Positions 21,714 through 31,538 of a stretch of 64,000 bases of DNA are shown piece after piece. Both the position numbers and the translations under genes were made by a program. The stretch is from the NCBI GenBank assembly GCA_041660165.1, contig JBAZWW010000003.1, positions 68,352-132,351 on the forward strand, read 5' to 3'. The DNA comes from Patescibacteria group bacterium. GTDB lineage: Bacteria > Patescibacteriota > Patescibacteriia > UBA9934. Each line of letters starts with the position of its first letter. The stretch's first letter is position 1. The notes below the pieces were generated by a model, which saw nothing but the letters and a program-made list of their open reading frames with translations, was not told where the DNA came from and did not search any database.

Positions 21714-23024
21714 TTAGAGCACAGGGATATACGTTTCTTCCTTTGGCGAGGGTTTATAAGAGAGACTCGGCCCGTTTTTTTGGATGGAGATTAAAGCATC
21801 AACTAGCCGATCAATATCCTTAGTGGTGTTGAAGATGCCAAGACTGGCGCGCACGGCGCCATAGGATGCAAGACGATCGCCATTTTTTATTCGTTCCTCA
21901 ATTTTTTCTTGCGTTTTATCATCAATAGCAAACCAGCGCCGAACCAGCCGGTGATTGCAGATGGTCCCTGCCCGGGTCTCAATGCCGTATTCGTGGTCAA
22001 GGATAGCGGCCACCAGCGCATGATGGTAGCCCTTGAGCGTAAACGGAAAAGTGCCAATGCGGTCTTCAGCTTTGAACTTTTCAAGCGGGACATGATGAAT
22101 GACGTCCGGAATGCCTGACAAACGTTTTACGGCGTACTGAATGAGATCGCGTTCATGTTTGAGAATGGTGCTCCAGCCTGTGTTCGTCATGATCCGACAG
22201 CTTTCTGCCAGCGCCACAATGCCAACCACATTCCATGTTCCCGTTTGGTGCCGTTCCGCGCTTGGCGCCCACAGGATTCGTTCGGTTGAAATCATGTCGA
22301 TTGATCCTCCGCCGGGATCAACGGGCGTTCTTTCAAGCATATCTTTCGGTAACACAAGGACGCCTAAACCAAAGGGCGAGTAGATCTTGTGCGCGGAAAA
22401 AGCCAGCGCATCAATGCCCTGTTTCTTCATGTTGATCGGCCGGTGCGGGGCCAGCTGGGCGGCGTCAATGAACAAGCGCGCCCCGTGCAGGTGAGCAATG
22501 GCGGATAGGCGTTTCACATCCGGCACAAAACCGGCCAAGTTTGAGGCGCCGGTCATAGCAATCCATTTGAGCTGTTTGCTGTATTTTTTGGCCTTCTCCT
22601 CAAGATCGTCCATGTCTAGCGAGCCATCGCTAAAAGCCGAAACCTCCACTATTTTTGCTTTGGTGTTGTAACGCCAGGGGAGATTATTCGAGGTGTGCTC
22701 AATACATGAGGTGAGAATGACGTCTTCATTGGTCAGTACCATCAGGCGCGCCAGCTCATTGATGGCCGCGCTCGTGTTAGAGGTATAAAGCATCGCCTGT
22801 TCAGCGGACACGCCAAAGAACTCGCGAATGGTGGCAATTGCTTGTTCAGCAATTTCTACGGTTTTATTCGCATGCGGGCCGGCTCCGCGGTGGAGTGCGC
22901 CGTAGGAATCAAAGAATTTGTGAACGGCATCTGCAGTCTGCACGAATGGAGAAGTAGTGGCAGCATTATTCAGCTTCACCACAAGAGTGTCTGATCCAAT
23001 GACGGCTGGTATGAGTTTTTCCAT
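21714..23024 (-). CDS. aminotransferase class V (cysteine desulfurase / C-S lyase-like PLP enzyme)
   Basis: PLP-lysine motif SAHKIYSPFGLG; class V fold motifs. Confidence 0.75.
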   Translation of the reverse strand: MEKLIPAVIGSDTLVVKLNNAATTSPFVQTADAVHKFFDSYGALHRGAGPHANKTVEIAEQAIATIREFFGVSAEQAMLYTSNTSAAINELARLMVLTNEDVILTSCIEHTSNNLPWRYNTKAKIVEVSAFSDGSLDMDDLEEKAKKYSKQLKWIAMTGASNLAGFVPDVKRLSAIAHLHGARLFIDAAQLAPHRPINMKKQGIDALAFSAHKIYSPFGLGVLVLPKDMLERTPVDPGGGSIDMISTERILWAPSAERHQTGTWNVVGIVALAESCRIMTNTGWSTILKHERDLIQYAVKRLSGIPDVIHHVPLEKFKAEDRIGTFPFTLKGYHHALVAAILDHEYGIETRAGTICNHRLVRRWFAIDDKTQEKIEERIKNGDRLASYGAVRASLGIFNTTKDIDRLVDALISIQKNGPSLSYKPSPKEETYIPVL

Positions 23025-23031
23025 AGAGATG

Positions 23032-23742
23032 TTATTTTGTCACAAGTAAAAGCGCCGTGTTCCATTTGTAGAATAATCGTTTCACCTTACACCCCGTATC
23101 TATTAGCCATTGCTCTTGGTTTTCAATGGGCGCTAGGTTGTTCAGGAACATGTGGTGGTACGCCCAATCTCGTAATGTCGAACGGCTGTCAGAATGCTCG
23201 ACCAAGTGGTGGAAATGTCGAGCGTCCCTTTCCGCGGTTTCATGCGGGTCCGTGCTCGTCATCAGATCGCCAAAGAGAAACACTCCGCGTGGTTTCAGCA
23301 GGCCAGCAATCTTTTTGAACAAACGTTGTTTGCCGGCATGAGACTGATGGTGAATGCCGATGACCGAAAGAATGACGTCGTATTGTCCGTGAAAATGCAG
23401 TTTGCCAAAATCACCGAGTACGTAGGAAACGTTCTTTTGCCCGAGCCGTTTTTTAGCGTGGTCGAGCATTGTCGAAGAAAAATCGACCACCTCGAATCGG
23501 GCGCTTGGAAACGCTGATCTGACCAGGGCGGATGTGAGACCGGTGCCAACGCCGAGTTCAAGGATTCGCAACGGCTCATCTGAGCAGAAGCGTTTCTTCA
23601 GTTCCTTCAAGAGCGCCGTATGAATTTCCTTATGAAAAGGAATGGCCGAAATAATATTGCGGTCGTATTTGCTTTGGCTGTAATAGTGGTAGTTCAAATC
23701 TGTGGCTTGAACTAAGGGTTTTTGAGCCTTCATAGCGAACAA
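23032..23742 (-). CDS. class I SAM-dependent methyltransferase
   Basis: Motif I ILELGVGTG; probably in an operon with the class V aminotransferase. Confidence 0.65.
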   Translation of the reverse strand: MFAMKAQKPLVQATDLNYHYYSQSKYDRNIISAIPFHKEIHTALLKELKKRFCSDEPLRILELGVGTGLTSALVRSAFPSARFEVVDFSSTMLDHAKKRLGQKNVSYVLGDFGKLHFHGQYDVILSVIGIHHQSHAGKQRLFKKIAGLLKPRGVFLFGDLMTSTDPHETAERDARHFHHLVEHSDSRSTLRDWAYHHMFLNNLAPIENQEQWLIDTGCKVKRLFYKWNTALLLVTK

Positions 23743-23858
23743 TAATAGCAGAAAATTCCACCATAGTCAATAATCTATGTCACAGCATATTTACAATGTA
23801 GCCAATGTTAGGTATAAAATCTGGTAGGTGAAGAAGTGTCGATATATTTTGACAACAT

Positions 23859-24581
23859 ATGAATGCACAAGACGCACTTATTGCCATGGGTTTAACTAAA
23901 CAGGAGGCGGGAATGTACGTGGCCATGCTGAGGCAGGGCGGAGCTTCTGCGAGTGTTCTCGCTCGCGAGGTAGGGATTAAACGCACCACGGCCTATGCCG
24001 TTTTGAAGAATCTGACGGACAAGGGTTTTTCGGCCGTCTATTTTCGGAGCGGGAAACGAGTCTTTCATGCACAGAAACCACACAAAATCGCTGAGCTGGC
24101 TGAGCAGAAACTGCAAAGTTTCAATGAAGCAATACCCATGTTTGAATCCATGGATAGGGCGCAGACGCAGAAACTCGGCCTGCGTTTCATTGATAGCAAA
24201 AAAGAGCTGGAAAAGTTTTATGATGAAATTTTGCTTGATTACAAGAATAAAGAATATCTCGTGATCGGCAGTACGCCAGCGTGGGAAAGCATTGATCCCG
24301 AATACTTTGTGAAGTTTCGTGCTGATCGGGCCAAGGCTCAGATTAAGACGCGCTTGCTTCTCACTGCCGAATCGACCGAAATGAACCCAACGAACAATGA
24401 GCTCCTGCGCGAGGTTAGATTCCTACCAAAAAAATACGTCTTCAAAAGCACGCTCGATATTTTTGATGATAAAGTACTCATCGTCAGCCCGGAACTTGCC
24501 TCGCTCGCCGTTATTATTGCTGTACCAGCCATGGTGGACGTATTCAAATCAATTTTTGAAATGCTTTGGGATAACGTTTAA
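23859..24581 (+). CDS. TrmB-family transcriptional regulator
   Basis: N-terminal winged HTH (LTKQEAGMYVAMLRQGGASASVLAREVGIKRTTAYAVLKNL) plus a TrmB C-terminal-like domain. Confidence 0.6.
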   Translation: MNAQDALIAMGLTKQEAGMYVAMLRQGGASASVLAREVGIKRTTAYAVLKNLTDKGFSAVYFRSGKRVFHAQKPHKIAELAEQKLQSFNEAIPMFESMDRAQTQKLGLRFIDSKKELEKFYDEILLDYKNKEYLVIGSTPAWESIDPEYFVKFRADRAKAQIKTRLLLTAESTEMNPTNNELLREVRFLPKKYVFKSTLDIFDDKVLIVSPELASLAVIIAVPAMVDVFKSIFEMLWDNV

Positions 24582-24590
24582 ACAAGCCTT

Positions 24591-25481
24591 ATGCGAAATT
24601 GGTTTTACTATTGGTTTGGGCTTGGCATCCTTTTTGCAAATAAGGCGCGGTACTCCGTTACGGGGTATTGCCGGCCTCGTGAATTCCCGGTGAAGGAGAT
24701 TGAGCGAGCGGTTCAGTACGATCGTGAAGTAGTTGCGCGCTTCGAAAGCATGTTGAAAGAAAAAGGTTTTGGCGAGCGTCCCTTTGCCGGCCGGCGGATA
24801 CTTGAACTCGGTCCTGGCGCAGACCTTGGCGTTGGTCTCTTGCTTCTTGGCAAAGGGGCGGTGTCATATCTTGGTTACGACAAATACTCGCTGGCAGACA
24901 AGGCACCAAGGGGACTTCATTCGGCCATTGTCTGCTCGATCGAGGACGGCGAATGTCGGGCGCGAGTTAGTGATTCGCTCCTTGCTTACGAACAAGGCCA
25001 GCCGACTGCACTGCACTTCAGGCGAGACGCGAGTTTTTCCTTTTCAGGACTCGAAAATGAAAGCGTTGATCTCATTATGAGCAACGCGGCTTTTGAGCAT
25101 TTTGACGATGTGATAGGCGTACTTGAACAGTCAGCAAGAGTACTTGCAAGCGGGGGTGTGTTGTGTGCTGAAGTGGATCTGCAGACGCATACCAGGGTGA
25201 TCCGTGATCGGGATCCGCTCAATATTTATCGGTATCCTTCAACTATTTACGGCTTGGTTAAGTTTTCCGGCATACCAAATCGGATCCGGCCGAATGTGTA
25301 CGAGGAGAAACTTCGCGCCCTCGGTTTCTCCTTGGTTCTCGTTGTTCAGGGAACAATACTCGACGAACAGAGGACTACGCTTGTTCGGCCGTATTTGCAC
25401 GCGGATTATCAGGAAGATCCTGCTTTGCACGTCATGAGCTTTATGGTTGTCGCGAAGAAAGCGGAAGAGGTGGTAAAATGA
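24591..25481 (+). CDS. class I SAM-dependent methyltransferase
   Basis: ILELGPGADLG motif I. Confidence 0.55.
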   Translation: MRNWFYYWFGLGILFANKARYSVTGYCRPREFPVKEIERAVQYDREVVARFESMLKEKGFGERPFAGRRILELGPGADLGVGLLLLGKGAVSYLGYDKYSLADKAPRGLHSAIVCSIEDGECRARVSDSLLAYEQGQPTALHFRRDASFSFSGLENESVDLIMSNAAFEHFDDVIGVLEQSARVLASGGVLCAEVDLQTHTRVIRDRDPLNIYRYPSTIYGLVKFSGIPNRIRPNVYEEKLRALGFSLVLVVQGTILDEQRTTLVRPYLHADYQEDPALHVMSFMVVAKKAEEVVK

Positions 25482-25488
25482 TGACAAT

Positions 25489-26367
25489 ATGCCTGCCAAG
25501 ATGCAAAAGATCCGCAAAGCCATTATTCCTGTGGCCGGAATGGGTACCCGTTTCCTACCCGCCACTAAGGCTCAGCCCAAGGAAATGTTGCCGGTGGTTG
25601 ATAAACCGGTGATCCAATATATTGTCGAGGAAGCCGTGGCAGCTGGTATCGAGGAGATCATTTTCGTTACCGCCATGGGCAAGCGGGCGCTTGAGGATCA
25701 CTTTGACAGAAACTTTGAGCTTGAATATCGCCTGGAACAGAAGCACAAGATGAAAGAGCTGGAGGCCATTGAAAAGATCGGCAAGCTGGCCAAGTTCGCC
25801 TTTGTTCGCCAGCAGAAACCGCTTGGGGATGGCCACGCCATCCTGGCCGCTGCGCCTTTTGTTGGGAAGGATGAGGCTGTGGCTGTGCTTTTTGGCGATG
25901 ACATTATTTCCGGCGGTCAGCCGGCCATTGGCGAGCTTATTTCTGCCTACGAACGGTTCGATGCTCCGATTGCGGCTATCCAAGAAGTCCCGCGCGACAA
26001 AATTTCAAGTTACGGGATTATTGATGGCGTGGAAATTGATGGCAACACCTGGGAAGTAAAGAAATTTGTGGAAAAGCCTGAGCCGGAAGATGCGCCGTCA
26101 AACCTTGGCATTGTTGGCCGTTATGTGATTACGCCAAAAATCTTTCAGTTGCTCGCCAAACAAAAGCCGGGGAAGGACGGTGAGATACGTCTGGCCGATG
26201 CTTTTATTACTCTCGTCGAGTCCGGCAAATCCATGTACGGCTACAAGTTTTCCGGCAATCGTTATGATTGTGGCAACAAATTACAGTTTATCATTGCGCA
26301 GATTGAGCTTGGACTTGAGCATCCTGAAGTGGGTGAAGGGCTGGCCGAGTATTTGAGAAACCGATAG
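25489..26367 (+). CDS. galU: UTP--glucose-1-phosphate uridylyltransferase
   Basis: KAIIPVAGMGTRFLPATKAQPKEMLPVVDKP signature. Confidence 0.9.
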   Translation: MPAKMQKIRKAIIPVAGMGTRFLPATKAQPKEMLPVVDKPVIQYIVEEAVAAGIEEIIFVTAMGKRALEDHFDRNFELEYRLEQKHKMKELEAIEKIGKLAKFAFVRQQKPLGDGHAILAAAPFVGKDEAVAVLFGDDIISGGQPAIGELISAYERFDAPIAAIQEVPRDKISSYGIIDGVEIDGNTWEVKKFVEKPEPEDAPSNLGIVGRYVITPKIFQLLAKQKPGKDGEIRLADAFITLVESGKSMYGYKFSGNRYDCGNKLQFIIAQIELGLEHPEVGEGLAEYLRNR

Positions 26368-26428
26368 CGTCCCACTCTGAGCGAGAGCGAAGAGTCCGAC
26401 CCTCACGTCTGAAAGTCGGATCCTTCGC

Positions 26429-27043
26429 ATGGCTCAGGATGGGAATAGGATCGACATGGCCACTTTTTCGACCATCCTGTTGCTTCTCTTCGCCATCTTT
26501 CTTACTTTTTTTGTTTTGCCGTTTGTATTTCTCTTGGCCACAAGCATCATCTGGAATGGCGCGCCGTTTGTGCCGGTGCCATCGAGGGCCGTGCCAGGGA
26601 TCGTTGAGGCCCTTTTTGCGACGAAGGGGTTTAGCATCGCCAAACCCGTACATGCGCAAAGGGCCGTGGTGTATGATATGGGCTGTGGCGATGGGCGAGT
26701 GTTATGCTCGGCTGTGCGCTCGAATCCCAATGTTCGAGCAGTAGGCATCGAGTGTGCCTTATTGCCATATGCGCTTGCCAGGATTCGAGCAAGAAATCTG
26801 CCGATTGAGATACGTCGAAAAGACTTTTTTCAGGAGGATCTTTCGCAGGCAACTCACGTGGTCACCTATCTCTTCCCTGAACTAATGGCTCGCGTCGAGC
26901 AGAAACTTGCCGTCGAGCTGAAGCCAGGGACTCGAGTAGTCGCCATCGACTTTCCTTTGCCAACCTGGAAACCGATTGAGGTTATAAAGCAAAAAGTGCC
27001 GGGACTGAAGAGGGGAACGAATCTGTATATTTATCAACTATGA
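26429..27043 (+). CDS. membrane-anchored SAM-dependent methyltransferase (alternative start 26456)
   Basis: N-terminal TM helix followed by VYDMGCGDGRV motif I; the stop overlaps the next gene. Confidence 0.5.
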   Translation: MAQDGNRIDMATFSTILLLLFAIFLTFFVLPFVFLLATSIIWNGAPFVPVPSRAVPGIVEALFATKGFSIAKPVHAQRAVVYDMGCGDGRVLCSAVRSNPNVRAVGIECALLPYALARIRARNLPIEIRRKDFFQEDLSQATHVVTYLFPELMARVEQKLAVELKPGTRVVAIDFPLPTWKPIEVIKQKVPGLKRGTNLYIYQL

Positions 27044-28425
27044 AAAGATTTTTCTCGATATTTCTCGTACTTTCCACACTCGTCACCCTTGGCGCAGGCT
27101 GTGGCGGGGGAGGCGGTACGGCTTCAACTGCTACAGAAAAGGTTACGCTCAAATTTTGGAGCGTTTTTGATCAGCAGGATGCTTATCGTGAACTTATAAC
27201 AAAGTATAAAGGCGCCCATCCGAATGTAGACATTCAATATCGAGTTTTCAGGCCGGAGGAATATGACAAAGAACTCATTCGGGCGCTGGCAGAAGGAACG
27301 GGGCCGGACATTTTTTCCGTTTCAAATTCGCGCGTGGGCGAGTTTCAGGGCCTTTTGAAACCCATGCCCACTACACTCAATGTGAGCTCTCTTGTGACGC
27401 AGGGAACTCTCCAGAAAAAGACGTCTCTTGTGGCAAAGCAAGAGTCAACACCCTCGCAAAAAGCTTTCAAACAGCAATTTGTTGACGTGGTGGCAAATGA
27501 CGTCATCATGAGCTATCAGCCAGACCCTAAGAAACCCGCGGAACAGCGCGTCTTTGGCGTGCCGTTTGCCGTGGACAACCTCGCCCTTTTTTATAACAAG
27601 GATCTTTTGAACTCTGCCGGTATTGCCCAGGTTCCCGCCAACTGGGATGATTTTCGCTCGGCCGTGCAGAAGCTGACAAAATATGACGCTACCGGGGGAG
27701 TGGCTCAGTCCGGCGCCGCCCTTGGCACGGGCAAGAATGTTGACCGCGCGTCTGACATTATTTCCGTGCTCATGATGCAAAACGGTGCGCCCATGGTGGA
27801 TGAGCGCGGTAAACCCGCCTTTGACACTATCCCGGCCGGAACACAGCGGGGAATTTTTCCAGGGCTTGATGCTGTGCGCTTCTACACGGATTTTGCAAAT
27901 CCCGTAAAGGACGTTTACACCTGGAATGATACGTTTCCGGGTTCAGTAACGGCCTTCTCACGGGGGCAGACTGCCTTCATGCTCGGCTATAGCTATGACG
28001 TAGCGGCGCTTCAGGCAGCGGCGCCAAAGCTGAACTACGCCATTGCCCCGCTCCCGCAGATTGCCGGCGGGAAACAGATGAACATTGCCAACTACTGGGT
28101 GCAGGGTGTTTCAAAAACCAGCAAATTTTCTGACTACGCTTGGAATTTCTTATTGTACGCCAGCAGTCCTGCAAACGTAACAAGCTATCTAGCAAAGTCC
28201 GGCAAGCCCACTGCTCTGCGGAGTTTGATTGGCACGCAGTCAACGGATGAGAAGATCAGCGTTTTTGCGGACCAGCTTCTGACCGCCAGCAGTTGGTACC
28301 ACGGCAAAGATGCAGTGGCTGCTGAAAAAGCCCTTACAGATCTGGCCGCTAACGTCCTTGCAGGAATCGATAAGCCTGAAGATGCTATTGGACAGGCTGT
28401 GAGAGTGGTCGGGCAGACGTATTAG
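27040..28425 (+). CDS. ABC transporter substrate-binding lipoprotein (family 1, sugar-type)
   Basis: Lipobox LGAGC followed by a Gly-rich linker; SBP_bac_1-like length and motifs. Confidence 0.75.
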   Translation: MKRFFSIFLVLSTLVTLGAGCGGGGGTASTATEKVTLKFWSVFDQQDAYRELITKYKGAHPNVDIQYRVFRPEEYDKELIRALAEGTGPDIFSVSNSRVGEFQGLLKPMPTTLNVSSLVTQGTLQKKTSLVAKQESTPSQKAFKQQFVDVVANDVIMSYQPDPKKPAEQRVFGVPFAVDNLALFYNKDLLNSAGIAQVPANWDDFRSAVQKLTKYDATGGVAQSGAALGTGKNVDRASDIISVLMMQNGAPMVDERGKPAFDTIPAGTQRGIFPGLDAVRFYTDFANPVKDVYTWNDTFPGSVTAFSRGQTAFMLGYSYDVAALQAAAPKLNYAIAPLPQIAGGKQMNIANYWVQGVSKTSKFSDYAWNFLLYASSPANVTSYLAKSGKPTALRSLIGTQSTDEKISVFADQLLTASSWYHGKDAVAAEKALTDLAANVLAGIDKPEDAIGQAVRVVGQTY

Positions 28426-28551
28426 CAAGCTCCCACCCCGACGTGAGGAGGGGTAGCGAGGAGGCAACCAATTCTACCCCTCGTCTCCTCGGGGTGGGAT
28501 GTTCAGGGTTGAACGATGGGTAGAAATGAACCGTGTTACAATACGTATGCT

Positions 28552-29094
28552 ATGCATCTAGCTCGTTCAGTTTTTGTTTCACTTTTCCTTGTCCTAGCCG
28601 GTGCCTGTTTTTTTTCGTCCGCCAAACCTGCCCAGGCCCAAACGGTAAGCGAGGGTTATACGCAGATCATGTCTCAGGGTTTGGTTTTTGGAAACATTTG
28701 TCCGGCTGATAAGACCGTGGCTTGTCCATGTAGAGACGATGGCACGTGCCAGCTTTCAGACATGCTCCAGATTTTTGTAAACTTGTCGATTGGCATTCTG
28801 GCGATTTCAGGCTCCGTTGCCCTTCTCATGTTTTTCTACGGTGGTTTCACCTGGGTGACAAGCATGGGAAATGCCAAGAATGTGGAAAAGGGTAAGGAGA
28901 TCATTACCCGCGCGGTCATTGGCCTGGCTATCATCTTTGGGGCGTACGCCTTTGTGAACTTTCTCATCTTTGCTATCTCGGATACAAAAACCCGCGGTGA
29001 TCTTCCCGGTGCTACCATTGAACAAACCATTGATAAATCCGTCACCGGCCAGGAAGGGGGAGCGCCGGCAGGAAACATTCTGAACACCCAATAA
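28552..29094 (+). CDS. TrbC/VirB2-like pilin-family protein (paralog 1)
   Basis: Signal peptide; Cys-rich N-terminal region; conserved C-terminus LLMFFYGGFTWVTSMGNAKNVEKGKEIITRAVIGLAIIFGAYAF. Confidence 0.65.
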   Translation: MHLARSVFVSLFLVLAGACFFSSAKPAQAQTVSEGYTQIMSQGLVFGNICPADKTVACPCRDDGTCQLSDMLQIFVNLSIGILAISGSVALLMFFYGGFTWVTSMGNAKNVEKGKEIITRAVIGLAIIFGAYAFVNFLIFAISDTKTRGDLPGATIEQTIDKSVTGQEGGAPAGNILNTQ

Positions 29095-29095
29095 T

Positions 29096-29713
29096 ATGAA
29101 GAAGCTATTATTTTTTCTCGTCTTCGGAGCACCCTTTCTTTTCCCCCTCTCGGCTTTAGCGAATTGTCGTTCTGTACTTGATTCATGCGTTGCCGCGTGT
29201 GGCTCAGATGGTCTCTGTAGTCTGGCCTGTAATGAGGCGTATTTAGGATCTGTTGCTACATATGCGCCGGATCCTGTGCCAAGCGGTCACAATGTTCAGG
29301 CCTGTGTTGACCCCGCTCCGCCCTCAACTCCTCCGCCTTCAAACGCATCTGCAAATCTGCCCTCAACTAATGGCACAACAACCTTGTCAGACGCAAACAA
29401 GCCAGTCACGCTCATCAATCCATTGGGCACCACGGATCCCCGGGAGATTATTGGAAACCTAATTAAGGCGGTCATCTCCATCATTGGTTCTATCACGCTT
29501 CTCATGTTTGTTTATGGGGGCGTGTTATGGATTACGTCCATGGGTGATGATAAGAAGGTGATGAAGGGCAAACAGATCCTGGTGTGGTGCGTGGCCGGGC
29601 TGGCCATCATTGCCGGCGCCTATGCGCTCACTAACGCGGTGATTAGCGGGCTGACCACGGGGAGCGTTATCCCCACCACTGCCACGGGAGGATCAACCAC
29701 ACCACAGCAATAA
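29096..29713 (+). CDS. TrbC/VirB2-like pilin-family protein (paralog 2)
   Basis: Signal peptide; Cys-rich N-terminus; IGNLIKAVISIIGSITLLMFVYGGVLWITSMGDDKKVMKGKQIL...AGAYALTNAV. Confidence 0.7.
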   Translation: MKKLLFFLVFGAPFLFPLSALANCRSVLDSCVAACGSDGLCSLACNEAYLGSVATYAPDPVPSGHNVQACVDPAPPSTPPPSNASANLPSTNGTTTLSDANKPVTLINPLGTTDPREIIGNLIKAVISIIGSITLLMFVYGGVLWITSMGDDKKVMKGKQILVWCVAGLAIIAGAYALTNAVISGLTTGSVIPTTATGGSTTPQQ

Positions 29714-29760
29714 TCCTGTGCTATACTTCTTTTAAGAAATTCACTATTTCTATTATTACT

Positions 29761-30171
29761 ATGGTGAAAGCAATCGTGCGGTTCGGGATGAGCGTTGCCT
29801 TGGGTCTGGCCATGTCACTCCCGTTTGTCCGCTTGGTTCCGTCTCTCATGCCGGTAGCCCACGCTCAACCGCTGGCTGCAGAAGACATTATCAATCCGCA
29901 GTTTGGCGACGCTACGGGTCTTGGCCAGGGAGATCTGAAACAGACCATTGGCAATTTGATCCGCGTGGCTCTTGGATTCCTGGGCGTGGTAGCAGTGGTC
30001 ATTGTTCTCTACGGTGGTTTCAAGTGGATGGTGGCCGGCGGTAATGATGAGAAGGTGGGCGAGGCTAAGAAGCTCATCATCTCCGGCATTATTGGTCTGG
30101 CTATCATTCTCTCAGCTTACGCCATCACCACGTTTGTCATCTCAAGCTTCATGACCGCCACCACAGCGTAG
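29761..30171 (+). CDS. TrbC/VirB2-like pilin-family protein (paralog 3)
   Basis: IGNLIRVALGFLGVVAVVIVLYGGFKWMVAGGNDEKVGEAKKLI...SAYAITTFV. Confidence 0.7.
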   Translation: MVKAIVRFGMSVALGLAMSLPFVRLVPSLMPVAHAQPLAAEDIINPQFGDATGLGQGDLKQTIGNLIRVALGFLGVVAVVIVLYGGFKWMVAGGNDEKVGEAKKLIISGIIGLAIILSAYAITTFVISSFMTATTA

Positions 30172-30225
30172 TTGTCTCCTATCGAACTCCGCATCTTTCT
30201 TCTGGAAAGGTGCGGAGACGATATG

Positions 30226-30639
30226 CGAAAACTGGCAGCCGCCGCCTTCCTGACCATGGCTTTTTTTGCACCGCTTCGTCAGTGCTTGGCCTTTAGCGTG
30301 AATGACACTGGTCTGGAAACAACGGCTTTTGCCGCTAAGTACAGTACAGGTGACAACGTAAAAAACATCGGTACATTCATTGGCTTTTATATTATTCAGC
30401 CGGTGCTAGGTATCTTGGGTCTCCTTTTCTTGGTTCTCATGATTTACGCCGGTGTTCTCTGGATGACCGCTTCCGGCAATGAAAAGCGTGTACAGAAAGC
30501 AAAAGACATTTTGATCGCTGCCGTTATTGGCGCCACCATTATTGTGGGTGCATACGCAATCACAAATGCCCTCTTTAGTGCACTTTCTTCGGGATCTATT
30601 ACCGGTGCGCCCGCCACTACCTCCACTCCAACGCCTTAA
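30226..30639 (+). CDS. TrbC/VirB2-like pilin-family protein (paralog 4; ORF opens at 30172)
   Basis: LMIYAGVLWMTASGNEKRVQKAKDILIAAVIGATIIVGAYAITNAL. Confidence 0.65.
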   Translation, partial: RKLAAAAFLTMAFFAPLRQCLAFSVNDTGLETTAFAAKYSTGDNVKNIGTFIGFYIIQPVLGILGLLFLVLMIYAGVLWMTASGNEKRVQKAKDILIAAVIGATIIVGAYAITNALFSALSSGSITGAPATTSTPTP

Positions 30640-30644
30640 ACTCT

Positions 30645-30986
30645 ATGCCTTTTACTACCGGGCTTTCTGACGCAGCTACGGGTAATTATTCCACCACGCA
30701 AACGCTTGGCCAGCTGATTGGCATGCTGATTAGCGCCGTGCTTGGCATCCTTGGTGTAATTTTGCTGGTTCTTGTGGTCTATGCCGGATTTCTTTGGATG
30801 ACCGCAGCCGGTGATGACAAGAAAATTAAGAAGGCTAAAGATATTCTTGCATCCGCGGTTGTGGGTATGATTATTGTGGTGGCCTCTTACTCTATTTCTA
30901 CGTTTGTTATTGGTGCTTTGCAGGGGACAACAAACGGAGCGAACAATACTTCTAATCAGAATATGGTGAATCAACAGCAACCGTAG
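30645..30986 (+). CDS. TrbC/VirB2-like pilin-family protein (paralog 5)
   Basis: LGQLIGMLISAVLGILGVILLVLVVYAGFLWMTAAGDDKKIKKAKDIL. Confidence 0.7.
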   Translation: MPFTTGLSDAATGNYSTTQTLGQLIGMLISAVLGILGVILLVLVVYAGFLWMTAAGDDKKIKKAKDILASAVVGMIIVVASYSISTFVIGALQGTTNGANNTSNQNMVNQQQP

Positions 30987-31036
30987 GCAGTTAGGTTTTT
31001 AATGGTGTATACTCTCAGTAAGAATTAATTATAACT

Positions 31037-31411
31037 ATGAACAAGCTCAAGCAATTGGTTATCGGTACCGCAATCGCTGTTATGCCTTTCAGCGCCGTGG
31101 CCCTTACGGTGCACGCCGCGGATCTCACTTCACAGTTGAGCGACGTAAACCAGACTGCAGGGTTTGGAACAAAGACCCCGCAGGAAACCATTGGTCAGCT
31201 TATCAGCGTATTCCTGGGCGTGCTTGGTATCGTCTTCTTGCTTCTCACTATTTACGCCGGTTTCCTCTGGATGACGGCGGCTGGTGATGACAAGAAAGTT
31301 GCTTCCGCCAAGAACATCCTTATCTCAGCGGTAGTTGGACTGGTGGTTATTCTCTCTGCTTACGCTATCAGCAGTTTCGTGATCCAACAGCTTCAGACAG
31401 CAACAACGTAA
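31037..31411 (+). CDS. TrbC/VirB2-like pilin-family protein (paralog 6)
   Basis: IGQLISVFLGVLGIVFLLLTIYAGFLWMTAAGDDKKVASAKNIL. Confidence 0.7.
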   Translation: MNKLKQLVIGTAIAVMPFSAVALTVHAADLTSQLSDVNQTAGFGTKTPQETIGQLISVFLGVLGIVFLLLTIYAGFLWMTAAGDDKKVASAKNILISAVVGLVVILSAYAISSFVIQQLQTATT

Positions 31412-31426
31412 ATTTTCTTAGAAGGA

Positions 31427-31474
31427 AATGCCCCCGAGGTCCTGTTAGACAGGACGAAGGGGCATTTTGTTTTG
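31427..31474 (+). terminator. rho-independent terminator ending the pilin array
   Basis: AAATGCCCC...GGGGCATTT stem with a nested hairpin, followed by TTGTTTTG. Confidence 0.6.
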
Positions 31475-31538
31475 TAACGAAAACTGACCCCCGCGTTAGC
31501 GTTGGGGGCCAGTATATTTGCGCTCAGTCGGCGCACGC

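Noticed and set aside
31487-31515. A possible second terminator (CCCCC…GGGGG) for the minus-strand secreted-protein gene
   Set aside because: The stem is short and the loop long. I kept it out of the feature list because of low confidence.
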